Assembly: GCA_013265495.1 (NCBI GenBank)
Contig: MU057446.1
Coordinates: forward strand, 1-41,262
Origin: Vicugna vicugna
Lineage: Eukaryota
Reading direction: 5' to 3'
Length of the DNA stretch: 41,262 bases
Shown one piece after another: positions 1-12,394 of this stretch. Both the position numbers and the translations under genes were made by a program. The notes beneath the pieces were generated by a model. The model saw nothing but the letters and a program-made list of their open reading frames with translations. It searched no databases and was not told where the DNA came from. Positions within the stretch are counted from its first letter, which is position 1; every line of letters begins with the position of its first letter.

Positions 1-1299
1 TCTCATACGTTTCTGTTGGAATACTTTTCTAAGAATTCCCCCCCCACCTCTCTTTTTGTCTAGGATGGTAAAAGTTCGGGACCATTCATGGCCCTGAACC
101 CAGCACATGAGCTTTTACTTCGAGTGTTTGGAAGACTGAAGGAGACGTGAGCAGCTGGGAAGCTCTGACATTTGGGATTTCTCTTCCAACCAACACCTAC
201 CTAGCCTCTCTGAATGGAAGTTGTGACAGTTTGCAGTGAATACAGCTTGTTTGCTAAGTACCTATGAAATTAAATGCACACAGATGGGACCAGCACTTGT
301 TAAGATAGTTGATTTGCTCCAGTCAGTACAGGGGTTGGGGATTCTTTTACACGGTGGAGCACAGTAACCATTTCCAATCTAGACAGAAGTGCCCAGATTG
401 CTCACTTCTGGAAGAGCCTACAAGAGTGTCGCTTTGAGTTGATAGCCTGTGCATAAATGACCTAATTCTGGGAGACTCTTACACATCAGCTGTGGAGTTC
501 CCAGGGGATGGGAGGAGACACCATCCTTTAAGGTTCTTGGGTTCATTCTCTGGCAAGTGACTGTAAGGAAGCTGGACGGGGAGGCTGAGTCAGGGAGAAG
601 ATACCCAGGACCCACCTTCACCCTCAGTCCCCGCCTCGATGAGCGAATGGGCACTTCCTCTACTTCGTGTCCTACCCAAGACTCAGAAGCTAGGAAAGGG
701 TGTGAAGACAAAACTCCCAGAGCAAGAGGTTAAAGTCACTTCAAACTTGTAGGCCTTCTGTCCGGCTGATGGTGAGAGGCAGCTGTGCTCTGGATCCAGA
801 TGTTCAGCCTTGTGATGCAGATTCCAGAGGTATCTCACTGAAGCTCCAGCCTTCCCTGGGGACAGAGGCTTAACGGGGCCACCAACACACACACAGCCAA
901 GAATGGTGGCAGTCATATCCAGTCATATCCAGTTTCTTTAATGTCAGTTGTCTCCTTGTTTATGTCTAGTCTCCTTGCAAGTCATTTTAATTTGCTTTTA
1001 TTGTTATTATTTGTTCTTGACTGTTAACAAATAAAGTTAACAAATATTTAGTAGCTGGTGTCCTTCCTTGTGTTTGGGACTTTGGATGATGCACATAGCA
1101 GTTACGTGTCACTTTCAATGGCAAACACAACACATGGCAAACCAATATGACTGACGTCTGCTGTCCTCATGAGGGCCTGTTGGAATACCCAAGGTAATTT
1201 ATCTTTTCATGGAGTAGTTATTTTCGGCTGCTTCTCCATGCATACCCCACTACTCTTCTATTATGAAGCAACCAAATATTTTGGATGAGACTATCTGCC

Positions 1300-1650
1300 C
1301 GTCAGCTCAAATGTAGGAGCCCAAGTCATTCAGCGGAATCCTGTCCACCCTCCTTGCCACAGGCATTGACTTAGCACATGGCATAAGTGGATGCAAATAG
1401 GACAAAGCTCAAATGTTGGTAGAAGGCTTGGAGGAAGAGAAACTCTTTGTTATGGAGAATGGAATGTGAGGCCTTAAACTGCTTCAGTTTTGCTAAGCTG
1501 ACACAAAAAGCAGGGCACCGCTGAAAGAACCAGGCAAACCCGGAGCTGGTGCTCTGATCAGACTGTACCTGAAGGCCCTGGAATATACAGTTAGGCCAGT
1601 TTGAGCAGTTGTTTCTGATCTTGCAGGTGAAAGCATCCTCACTGATATAG
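1300..1650 (+). mobile_element. Ancient ERVL-type LTR fragment (LTR16-like)
   Basis: The end ccagtttgagcagttgtttctgatcttgcaggtgaaagcatcctcactgata resembles LTR16/ERVL 3' termini. Boundaries approximate. Confidence 0.5.
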
Positions 1651-2214
1651 CTTGTGTTTACTCTTTTGTTCTCAAGGCTAGTTAGTGAAGGGAATAAAAG
1701 AAACTTTCTTATGAGCTATTAATGCCCACTGTAAAGACACCGGCCGTCCATCAATAATAGGTTAACACCAGCAGAATCAATGCAGACATAACTTAAAATT
1801 GGCTGGCCACTGTAACTTGTCATCACAGATTCTACTTCTGACCTGTGTGTTACCTGCTTTACATCTGAAGATGATTCTGGATTTAGTGCTAAACGTAGGC
1901 TATTTCTACCTCTTTACTAAACAGTCCCACTTCTCTTGTGCCCCTCTGCACCAGACCACGCCAGTTCCCATCACTTCTCAAAGGCCCTGGGCCTGCAGAA
2001 CTCTGGGCTTCATGGACCAGAGCACATCCATTCCTGGGAGACTTTCATTGCTATTGTTTGAATAAAAATCATGCTCTAAGTATGTATATGTGTAATGTTT
2101 ATGTAAATGGCTTTAGCCTCCAAAGTTGCTTTTGATTCTTACATAATATGGCCTGTAATTCATTTGCTTCTGCTCATTGGGACCTTTGCAAAGGTTTTCT
2201 GATTGTCCTGCAAC

Positions 2215-2720
2215 CTTGGAGGGCTGTCAGAATGAACTTTCTAAGATGTGAATCTGATCTGGACACTCCCTTGCTTAAGGCTATCAGCGGTTCTCTATTG
2301 AGAGAATCAAGCTCAGAGAATCAAGCCAGGCTGCTTGTGGCTCCTCAGTCCTGCGGCTGCTGCCACCAGCTGCTCCAGCTTGGCCTCGCCTCCCCTCCCC
2401 TCCCCTGCAGGGCACTAACACTGGCACACCTGCTGCTCCCTGAACGTCCACCTCCTCACACCTCCGTGTCGTTGCCTGTGCTGTGCCCTACACTTGAAAT
2501 GCCCCTTTCCTTCAGCTGCCTAGTGAGCACCTCCGCCTCCTCTGACCAGCTTTTCCTAATTCTCCTCTTCTCCACCCGGCACTCCCAAGTAGAAGTATCT
2601 ACTCCTTCAGATCCCAACGGGCTCCTGGAACTCACTCCCCCAGGAAAGAGGTTCCACACGGTGAGTCTGTTTCCTTCTTACCCAGCACAGTGCCTGGTGC
2701 AGAATATTAAACAGTTTGTG
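2215..2720 (+). mobile_element. L2 LINE 3' fragment
   Basis: L2-like ctttctaagatgtgaatctgatc...actcccttgcttaa and the terminal cccagcacagtgcctgg. Confidence 0.65.
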
Positions 2721-2794
2721 AGACAGTAGAAAACGGGACTCTTCCAGCTTGGTCTCCAAGGGGTATGTTCATTATCTTGATGGTGGTGAAGGTT

Positions 2795-2875
2795 CCCAGG
2801 TCTACCAAAACTGAAGTCGTATGCTTCGTGTAAGTGCAGTTTATTGTACATCAAGTATACCACAACAAAGCTTTT
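2795..2875 (+). mobile_element. Short old L1M 3'-end fragment
   Basis: gtgcagtttattgtacatcaagtataccacaacaaagc resembles the L1M terminus. Confidence 0.5.
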
Positions 2876-3074
2876 TTTTTTTTTTTAAGTAGGGGGTGGC
2901 CGCTCATGCAGGGGCCTCTCTGACCTTGAGGGAGGCATCGTCTGATCACAGCCCTAAGACAGGGCAGGAGCACATACGTGTCATTCTGCTGATGTCTGCT
3001 TCCGCCTGAAGGCTCTCTGAGGTCAGCCTCGGGTGAAGCCGGCCGGGGATGATGGGCTGCTGCCCCGACAGCAG

Positions 3075-3225
3075 CAGGGCTCAGCTTACATTCAAGTCAC
3101 CTGAGAAGATTTAATAATCACTGATGCCTGGGTCCCATCCCAGAGCGCAGCGCTTCATTGGTCTAGGGCAGGCTTGTTCAGCTCCGCAGGGGACTCAAAT
3201 ATGCAGAGGAGTTTGAGAACCACTT
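3075..3225. mobile_element. MER5-family hAT-Charlie MITE
   Basis: tcacctgagaag...ctgatgcctgggtcccatcccagag...agtttgagaaccact. Confidence 0.65.
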
Positions 3226-3558
3226 GCTCCTGGCAGTCAAGCCCCAGATCCTACATCTCATCCCTTCCCCAGGGGTTCTAGAAACCAAGAGTCCATTACA
3301 CACAAGAAGCTTCAGAGGGCTCCGAGCCTCCTAGTGGAGGAGGAGGTCAGGCATCCAGGTGACACCAGCACCAGAAGCGCTTGAAACTTACATCTCTGGG
3401 GGCAGTTTTGCCCCAACTAACTACCCACCACCCTCTTGCCCCTTCCTAGCAGGTGGGGATATTCCATGGCCAGTAGGCGGCGCTGTCTCCTATGGCTTGT
3501 AAACATCTGACTTCTGGGGGACAGCTCTTAAAAGGCTTGTTTGAAATCTTTCACTTTT

Positions 3559-4964
3559 ATTTGAATTGAAATATAGTCAGTTATAATGGATCAATTTCTG
3601 GTTTACAGCACAATGTCACAATCATGCATGTACGTACATATATATATTCATTTTCTTTTTTTTTCATTAAAGGTTATTACAAGATATTGAATATAGTTCC
3701 CTGTGCTATACAGCAGAAACTTGTTTGTTTGGGTTTTTTAAAATCTATTTTTATACATTGTGGCTAACATTTGGAAATCTTAAACCCCCAAATTTATTGC
3801 TTCTCACCCCTTTCCCTCTGGCAACCATAAGATTGTTTACTATGTCTGTGAGTCTGTTTCTGTCTTGTAGATGAGTTCAATAGTGTCCTCTTTTTTCTTT
3901 TTCTTAGATTCCACATATGAGTGATATCATATTGTATTCTTCTTTCTCCTTCTGGCTTACTTCACTTAGAATGACGATCTCTAGGTCCATCCAAGTTGCT
4001 GCAAGTGGCATTATTTTATTATTTTTTATGGCTGAGTAGTACTCCATTATATAAATATACCACAACTTCTTTATCCAGTCATCTATCGATGGACATTTAG
4101 GTTGTTTTCACGTCTTGGCTATTGTATACAGTACTGCTATGAACATTGGGGTGCATGTGTCTTTTTGAATTGGAGTTCTCTCCAGATATATACCCAGGAG
4201 TGGAATTGTTGGATCATATGATAAGTCTATTTTTAGTTTTTTGAGGACTCTCCATGATGTTTTCCATAGTGGCTGTACCAAACTAGAATCCTACCAAAAG
4301 TGTAGGAGAGTTCCCACTCCAGCATTTATCATTTGTGAACTTTTGAATGATGGCCATTGTGACTGATGTGAGGTGATACCTCATTGTAGTTTTGATTTGC
4401 ATTTCTCTGATAGTTAGCAATATTGAGCATTTTTTCATGTATCTATTGGCCCTTCGGATGTCTTCATTGGAGAATTGCTTGTTTAGTTTTCTTCCCATTT
4501 TTGGAATGGGTTGTTTGGTTTTTTTGTATGAGCTGTTTGTATATTATGGAAATTAAACCTTTGTCAGTCGCATTATTTGCAAATATTTTCTCCCATTTCG
4601 TAGGTTGTCATTTTGTTTTGCTTATGGTTTCCTTTGTTGTATGAAAGCTTATCAGTTTAATTAGGCCCCATTTGTTAATTCTTGCTTTTATTTCTATTGC
4701 CTGGGTAGACTGCCCTAAAGATTTATGTCAGAGAATGTTTTGCCTACGTTCTCTTCGAGGAGGTTGATTGTGTCTTGTCTTATATTTAAACCTTTAAGCC
4801 ATTTTGAGTTTATTTTTGTATAAGGTGTGAGGGAGTGTTCTAATTTCATTGATTTACATGCTGCTGTCCAGTCTTCCTAACACCACTTGCTGAAGAGGCT
4901 GTCTTTTCTGCATTGTATGTTCTTGCCTCCTTTGTCAAAGATTAATTGACCGTAGATCTGTGGG
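3559..4964 (-). mobile_element. 5'-truncated, relatively young L1 (ORF2 C-terminus and 3' UTR) with target-site duplication
   Basis: The minus-strand ORF 4283-4498 encodes the L1 ORF2 motif REMQIKTTMRYHLT. Flanking direct repeats are ttgaaatctttcactttt (3541-3558) and ttgaaatacttcactttt (4965-4982). Confidence 0.92.
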
Positions 4965-5892
4965 TTGAAATACTTCACTTTTAATTCAACAATCTTAATA
5001 ATTCCCCCTTGATTTTTCCTTGATCTCCTCATTCCTTGTTCTTGTGCCAGGGGAACATGAATGTTATCAGTTCACTTTTGCATTATTTGCTTAATTTTTA
5101 CTGGAACATTAGAGATCATACATTGTTTCTTTTCAGTGGCCCTATAAAAGCTTAAGTATTGAAGTGATGTCATTGTTATCTTAATGGTGCATAATGTTTG
5201 GCACAATTATTCAGATAATCAATGTTTTCTTTGATGGTTTTCCCAAATACAAAAGGAGATAAATCCATTTTCACTGAAAAATCATTCATTTTAGAAAAAA
5301 AAGAAAATACCATTAGTAGAAGGTTTCTGTCTTTCATCAGCTTTTATGAGGTGAGCAAGGTCTGGCTGAATTTTTTAGAGAATGAGGTTGAGAAGAACTC
5401 TGGGCACCATGTGGGAATCTTCTCTTTAGCCTCCAAGCTCTGACATGTGACCTGTGTGGTCTTTTACTCAAAGATGGAAGCTGGAGCAGACCATCAACAG
5501 CTTCCTAACTCCTGCAGGCTCAGTAACGTTCTCTGAGCCCACAGCCAAGACATGTGGTCCAATCGAAGAATTCCGTCCTGCATTCAGATGAGGGAGCCAG
5601 TCTGAAAAACATCAAGAATAATAATAGTCCATATATTCTGGAGTACTTAATTTATGCCAGGCATAATTTCTTGGTGCTTCACGTGTGTTGATCCCTTTAA
5701 TCATTTAATTCTTACCACAGGAAGAATAAAGACAGAGCCACTGCTTGGGAAAGACTGTGAAATGTCAACAAATGTCAAAGACAAAGTAAGACTAAGAATT
5801 CCAGTTTCATCATTCTGGAAGATCTCTTCAAATTAGGGAGGATAGGACAGATAAACCCAAGACAGCAAGCGTTGCCTTCACTCTCATCTTAA

Positions 5893-6341
5893 TGTCAACT
5901 GGAAAAAAAAAAGCACAGCCTAAAAGCTGAGAATTATGTTTTATTCGGCTGACTTTCTGAGGACTTATGCCTGAAAGACAGTCACCTCTCAGATCACTCT
6001 AAGGGACTGCGCCAAAGACTAGGGGAGGAACCAGGATACACAGGAGATTTTGTAACAAAAACCAGGTAGTGGGAACATCAAAGAATTATTGTTAATCAAA
6101 GAAAAGCAGACATCTCCACTTAATGAATTTAGTTCTTTATTGTGTATGGGAAGATGCAAGAGTCTGGGCTCACGGAAATCATTCCCTTGATGTGCACCTT
6201 AGTGATCTAGGACCCGGATCCTGCTTTTCTCCACCCTGGGTCCCCTCAGGGTGTACAGTCAGGGCGGCTGCAGTGGCTGCTGGTTTGATGGTCACAACAT
6301 CTTTTATTTACTGATACGACAGGCAACACTCTTTGTCCACA
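5893..6341 (-). mobile_element. ERV1-class solo LTR (MER41-like)
   Basis: About 450 bp bounded by TG...CA, with a minus-strand AATAAA near 5940. The internal sequence resembles artiodactyl MER41-type LTRs. No clear TSD. Confidence 0.7.
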
Positions 6342-6573
6342 ATACACATATAATGTCTAGATTTAGAGGAGGTTGTGTGTATGTAAACACATGAATAAAA
6401 TGTGGGAAATAGAGAGAAGCTCAGAGAAGAAAGCACAAGTTCCTTATCACCCAAGGCAGCGCTAACATCTGTATTTTTGTGAATTCCCTCCCCAGCGCTT
6501 TCTCTGTGCTCCTGTGCCCAGAGGTCTTCTGGATTTTGGTCCAGTGTTCATGCCTCTCCTATATAATCGAAGC

Positions 6574-6760
6574 CAGTGTCACTTAAGGTGTGGTCTGCAG
6601 GCTGGCAGCATCTCCATCCCCTGGAACCTGCTGGAGATACAACTTCTCAGGTCTAGCTCAGACCTACTGAATTAAATCTCTTGGGCTGGGGACCAGGCAT
6701 CTGAATTTTCACAAGCCCCCTGGGAGACTGAGACGTGCAGGAAAAGTGTGAGAAGCGCTA
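6574..6760. mobile_element. MER5A hAT-Charlie MITE
   Basis: cagcatc...cagacctactgaattaaatctct...gcatctgaattttcacaagccccc...aagtgtgagaagc. Confidence 0.75.
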
Positions 6761-9246
6761 GTCTATCCCAGTGTGCTTTGTTTCCAGGGGGCAAATTATT
6801 CTCAGAGACTGTGATGGTCTTTGTCAATATTTTATTTAACACAGCTTGACTACGGGAGCTATAATTTCACAAGCCAAGAGCACATAGGGTAATGTCTCTT
6901 AATAAGTCAATAAAGAAATAACAGAGTCCAGACCAATGACAGATTAATCACACTCTTGTTCCCAGCAAGGGGTCATGAAAGGAATAAAGTTCAAACTTAA
7001 CTGAGGCGCACCTTTCGAGTTGGCTCTCAGAAAAGACGGTTTAGCTGATCTCCAGCTGCCAGTGCGAAAACCGAAGTCCTTGTTTCTAGAGCCTGTTGCT
7101 AGGAGACCAAGATGCCCGTGTTGGAGCCGCTGCACGGCTTTCACACTGCCCGTAACAAAGTCCCCTTTCCCGCGGCAGGAGCTAATGCCCCTTGGTCTTC
7201 AGAGAGCTATTTAGGTCAGTAAACGGTAGCCTTGTCCCAATGGAACACTCTCGGGGGGCCTCACAAACTCGAAGTATTTAGAGCCTAAACACTCCCTCAG
7301 CCAACTTGCTTCTTCTTAGGTTCTTAGAGATAAGCCCCCAGCCGTACCCTGCAGCTGAGCTGGATGCTGTCGCAACCACAGAAGTGGATGACGACATCCT
7401 GACACACAAGTTCACTTTTATATCGAAAGAGTAACTTCATCCTTAAAAACAACTTCATTTTTGTCACAAACAAGGGGATTTGAATTCATATCAAAGCAGC
7501 TCATAACACAGAGCACCTCAAAGTTTGGGGGCTGTGACCTCCTTTACAGTGACGTGGCCATGTCACCCAAGCATGGGGCAGGGTGTGAAAAAAAAATCTC
7601 TATTGTATTTTACGGAAGTTTTGGCCCACAGTAGACCCCTTAAAAAAAGGAAAGAAGGAGAGCTGGTACCTGTGGGGAGAGATGAGGGGAGCAAGTGAGA
7701 CTTTATTTTCTTCGTTTAAAAAGAACATCCAAAAGCACAGACAGAGAAAAGCTCATCCTCGACCACAGGCCGTTCGGGAAGCACTGGTCTACTGTCTTCG
7801 TCTCTTTCAATGCTTGTTTCAGAGAGGAACCTGCCACTGCAAGGATCGCTTCTACAACCAGTGCTCGTTTGTTTTGCTGAAGGGAGGAGACGTGACCTTG
7901 GTGTGGAGGGATAAGCAGGAGCCAGACTTTGCTCTCTGGCTGGGAACAAAGGGAGCCTCTGTGGGGTTTTTAAAGCAGGGAAATGGCACCATCACAGCTG
8001 CTTTTGAAATTAATGGGCAAAAACTTCATGCTGTACACCAGAAATGGACATAACATGATAAACTGACTATACTTCAATTTAAAAAAAGGAGAAAGAAAGA
8101 AAGGAATGGGCAAGACGGGGGCAGGAGGATGAGTTGGGAGGTGATTACAGTTGTCTGGTCAGGACTCGATGTGGGCCTGGGGTGGTGTGAGGGCGATAAA
8201 GAGCAGTCCACAAATTTAAGGATTTGTCTTTTGTCGTTACTTTTTTTTGAAAGTGAAGCTTGCATACACGTGTCAGGAGGTGAGGGAGAGAATTCTCTCA
8301 TTCGTTGGTTTGCTTTGTTCCTTGTGTATCTACATACTGATGGTTTCCCATAAAACTCTGGTATCTGTGCTGCTTATTTCAAGAAAGGACAGGTAAATGG
8401 TTGCATGGCTTGTGTTTGCTCTTATCTCACAATCTGTTCATAGTCAGCTCTGTGTATTATCCTTTGACTTTACCTGAACACCTCCAGAGCGTGGTTCCAG
8501 CCAGATTTACCTGGTTATTGGCCCTTTTTCCATCTTGGACTTTACACCCTGAGGACACAATTTTAATTATATTTCCACAACACAAAATCAATCTGAGTAT
8601 CTAATAGAATTTGGTGAAAAATATGATTTTTCCAGAAATACACGGGCATAAAACCAATTAATTAAAATTTTAATACTGTTTATTATACATGATACGTGCT
8701 CACGTATATGACTGCCAATTTCTGGTATTAAATTCGATTTGTATTCATTGAGGTACCCAGCGCCAGCCTGGATTATGCAGTGATTCCCAGGCTCTGGGTA
8801 ATATGTCTTATAAAACTGGGGAATCTAGCTTAGGGTTGCCTCCTTTTTATTTTATCAAGTAAAAACCTAAAACCAAATTTTAAAAATTCATATCTATCCT
8901 CACCATCAATTCCAAAAAAATTTTTAACAATTATTTTCAAAAGTAGCCCAAAAAAGATTCTCTTTTTTCTCAATTACTTTTTAAAAACTAGCCTTATTGG
9001 AGGCATAATTTACACATAATAAAGTGCATCTAGAGTAAGTAAGGAAACAAAGGAAGGACCAACTCTTAGGTGGTATTAAAACTAGGGAAAAAAACAAACA
9101 AGCATAGTTTTGGAGAAACACATGCATCTCCTTTATTTTTCTCTTCTGTTGGTGGACTGGTGGCAGCGTCATCAGGCTGGTCTGCAAGCAGAACTTGGGA
9201 CCCCCACTCTAGGCATGGATGAGAAAGGGAAGCTCTTCCCAAAAAG

Positions 9247-9733
9247 TGTAGGGAAAGAAAAATCATTTTTCCTCTCCTTCCTAGGTTCTTGGCTGAGACA
9301 CCCCCCCCCCCGCAGAAGCCAGACTAAGAGGAGAAAAACACAATTTTAATTATGTGCATACACATGGGAGCCCCACAAAGATATGAGACTCAGGCAGCCA
9401 GATGGTTGAGGCTTATATACCCTCCTGAGCTGAGGAAAGGGCCGGGGGCCTGGGGCTGCAAATGGGAAAAGGTAATTCACAGGGGAAAAGTGCGAAGAGG
9501 AAATGTTTGGGAAGCAAAGATTCCTGCCAGCAGATAAGTCTCTCAGGTGAACACATCATCTCTGGTGTTAGCTCTCTTCCTGGTACCAGCTTCTTTCTAA
9601 TGTAAATTTCCCTTACCAAGGGGTAACTAGGACTCAGTTTTCAGAGCTTCTTCTGTGTCTGCAGAAATATCAGCTCTAAATAATAAATATGTAAAGAAGC
9701 ACATTTTGGGGTGACACGTTCTGCTCCCCTTCA
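9247..9733 (-). mobile_element. ERV1-class solo LTR (MER34/MER39-like)
   Basis: About 490 bp, TG...CA bounded, ending cacattttggggtgacacgttctgctccccttca, as in this LTR group in antisense. It lies about 185 bp upstream of the TM exon. Confidence 0.65.
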
Positions 9734-9917
9734 GTAGAGAAAATGCAGAGCCGGCCTCTAACCGCCCTTGCTGGGGGCCCAGGGAATGAAAGGTGGCCCC
9801 CAGCTGAGGTACTGGGGTGGCCTTGGGGTGGGGAGGGGGACCATTTTGGGGCATTCCTTCATTCATTCATTACCTCTTACCAATCCACGTTTTCCTTTTC
9901 TCCTGAACCCTGTTTAG

Positions 9918-10005
9918 CCTATCAGCTTATCACCGTGGTGATCGGGGCAGCGGGAGGTGGGCTTCTCCTCATCCTGGGCATCGCACTGATTGTTACCTGT
10001 TGCCG
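9918..10005 (+). CDS. HEG1: HEG1 transmembrane exon (88 bp): (P)YQLITVVIGAAGGGLLLILGIALIVTCC(R)
   Basis: Polypyrimidine tract with tttAG acceptor (9916-9917) and GTGAGT donor at 10006. The translation matches the recalled HEG1 transmembrane helix and juxtamembrane CC. Confidence 0.95.
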
Positions 10006-10221
10006 GTGAGTGTCGGGGGTCCACATCCCAATTCTGTCCCTTTGCCTGTGTTAAACAAGGGTCCATTTTTATCCTCATAAAGAATGTCTGGGGTGGTGTA
10101 CAGTATTAATGATAATCTATTTCTGAACCATTAAAGAAAAAGAAAGGCAAATTTCTGACAGGCACTGCCATCAGGGAAAGAAAAGGAGAGCAAATGGGAT
10201 TTTAGTAGAAAAAAAAAGAAT

Positions 10222-11386
10222 ATTCAAAAGCACAAGCAACAAAAGAAAAAAGATAGATTGGACTTCATCAACATGAAAAACTCGGCTTCACAGAACACTG
10301 TCAAGAAAGTGAAAAGATGAAGGAAGGGTATAGCTCAGTGGTAGAGTACATGCTTAGCAGGAGGTCCTGGGTTTAGTCTCCCAGGACCTCCATTAAATAA
10401 ATAAATAAGCCTAATTACCCCTCCTCCCCCAAAAGTGAGAAGACAACCCACAGGAGGGGAGAAAATACTTGTAAATCATCTGTCTAATAAGGGACGTGTG
10501 TCTAGAATATATAAAGAATTCTTACAACTCAGTAATAAAAAGGCAACCCAATTTAAAAGTGGGCAAAGAATTTGAATAGACATTTCTCCAAAGAAGATAT
10601 GAAATTGCCAGTAACATATGAAAAGATGCTCAGTCATTAGCTATCAGAAAATGCAATCAAAACCAACACTGGGGGTGGGGGGGAACCAAAAAACTGAAAT
10701 TGGATACCACTTCACACCCAAAGATGACTATTGAAAACAAACAAAAATAGAAAATAGCAAATGTCGGTGAGAATGTGGGAGAATTACGATGCTCATATAC
10801 TGCTGCTGGAAATGTAAAATGGTGTAGCCACTTTGAAAAAAAACTGGCCGTTCCTCAGAAAGTTAAGCAGACTTGCCATTTGACCCAGCATTTCCACTCT
10901 TAGGTACAAACCAAGAGAAATGAAAATGATGTCCACACAGAAATATGGACATAAATTTTCATAGTGGACCAGTTCATAGTCACCAAAAGGTGAAAATAAC
11001 CCCAATATCCATCAACTGATGGATAAACAAAATGCCATATCCATACAATGGAATATTATTCAGCCATGAAAAGGAACCAACTACAGATACATGCTGTAAT
11101 GTGCATAAACCTTGAAAACAGTATGCTGCATGAATTAAGCCAGTCACAAAAGACCACATATGTATGACTGCATTTATTGGAAATGTCTAAAATAGGGAAG
11201 TCAAAGAGAGACAGAATGTGGATTAGCGGTTACCTAGGGCTGGGTAGGCAGGGGCAGAATGACGGGTAACAGCTAAGGAGTATGGGTTTCTTTCCAGGGT
11301 GATGAAATTGTGCTGGAATTGATTGTGATGATGGTTACACAGCTCTGAATATACTACAAACCGTTGACTTGTACACTTTAAGTGGG
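10222..11386 (+). mobile_element. Old L1 (L1MB-like) 3' portion, interrupted by a SINE
   Basis: ORF2 3' motifs (ttggacttcatcaa, agacatttctccaaagaagatat, catacaatggaatattattcagcc) and an L1MB-type 3' UTR (gggtgatgaaattgtgctggaattgattgtgatgatggttacac). Confidence 0.85.
10321..10431 (+). mobile_element. tRNA-derived SINE, camelid Vic-1 type
   Basis: A box tagctcagtgg, degenerate B box, tail taaataaataaataagcctaattacccc. TSD is aaagtgaaaaga (10306-10317) and aaagtgagaaga (10432-10443). Confidence 0.85.
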
Positions 11387-12394
11387 AAAATGAAGAAACA
11401 AAAAGAGATGAAAGGGGTTCACTGAAGTCGTAAGCAGTGGCGAGGAGCAGACAGTAGTAAACTTGGCTCTGGGCTGCTGGACACCAGTGGGATGGGTTTC
11501 TACTGGAAAAGGAAGAGAAAGAACGGAGCTGGTCCCCTTCTCTGAGATTATTCAGATAAGAGAAAACTCAGACCTTTGGTTTGGATGGTAATAAACAGCA
11601 GGAATTATCCTGACATCACAGATGGAGGGAACTTACACAATAGCAAATTATCTTTTGGACCATTGATATGCAGAACAGTTTAAGATATCCTCTTCCTCCA
11701 GGGAGGCTGCAGAGAGCAAGCTGCTCCAACTGCCCATCCAGGCATGCAGACCTCACGGTTCAGCCCTTGCCTGTCATTTACAATTTTGTCAGGAAAGCAT
11801 CATAGATAAACTGTATGAGTGGAAATAAAACACTGGGAATGAGACTAGGAGCTAGAGAGACGAACCTTGTGTGCTCCGGGGGTCTGCTAAGTGTCCCACA
11901 GCAACCAGGTAGTGTGGAAGGAGAGCCTGTCTCTGCTGGCCCCTGGGAGGAGAAGGTCTTTGTGAATAATAAAGTCATTGTTTGAGACCGGATGCTCCAC
12001 CCCCAGGGAGCAATAGAATTGCAAGTCTGTTCTGAACTTGTCAGGAGGGACAACGCCTAAGCCCCATGCTGGACATTTGGTTTTATGATCCCGAGTGATT
12101 TGGTGCTTTCCCCAGAAAGTTTATTTACAGGAAAGCTACGTAAAGGGAGGAAACTCCAGATTCTCTTCCCCAGGGCAAGTATAACTAAACATGTCTGACC
12201 CTAGGCTGGGTGCACAAGGTGACTGACATATCCTCCAACCCTTTCCAGTCAGAGAACTCTCACAGGTAGGGAACTTGTCCTAGGGTTTCCTGCCCCCTGA
12301 AATGAGAATCTGTATGGGTATAAAGACAGCTGAGCATTTCTGCAAACAAAACATCGTACTTTTACGGTTCGTGAAATAGCTTCACGCAGTAAAA

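Noticed and set aside
910..933. Tandem duplication cagtcatatc x2
   Set aside because: A 10-bp slippage event with no sign of function.
2148..2729. 193-aa ORF, the longest in the track
   Set aside because: It overlaps an L2 remnant in an intron, has a low-complexity Leu/Ser/Pro composition and shows no recognisable domain.
1..9917. Absence of upstream HEG1 EGF-domain exons, which could suggest a truncated gene copy
   Set aside because: The intron before the TM exon is recalled as longer than 10 kb in human, so those exons probably lie outside the window.
10321..10395. tRNA-like sequence
   Set aside because: It is the head of a SINE with a tail and TSD, and the B box and cloverleaf are degenerate.
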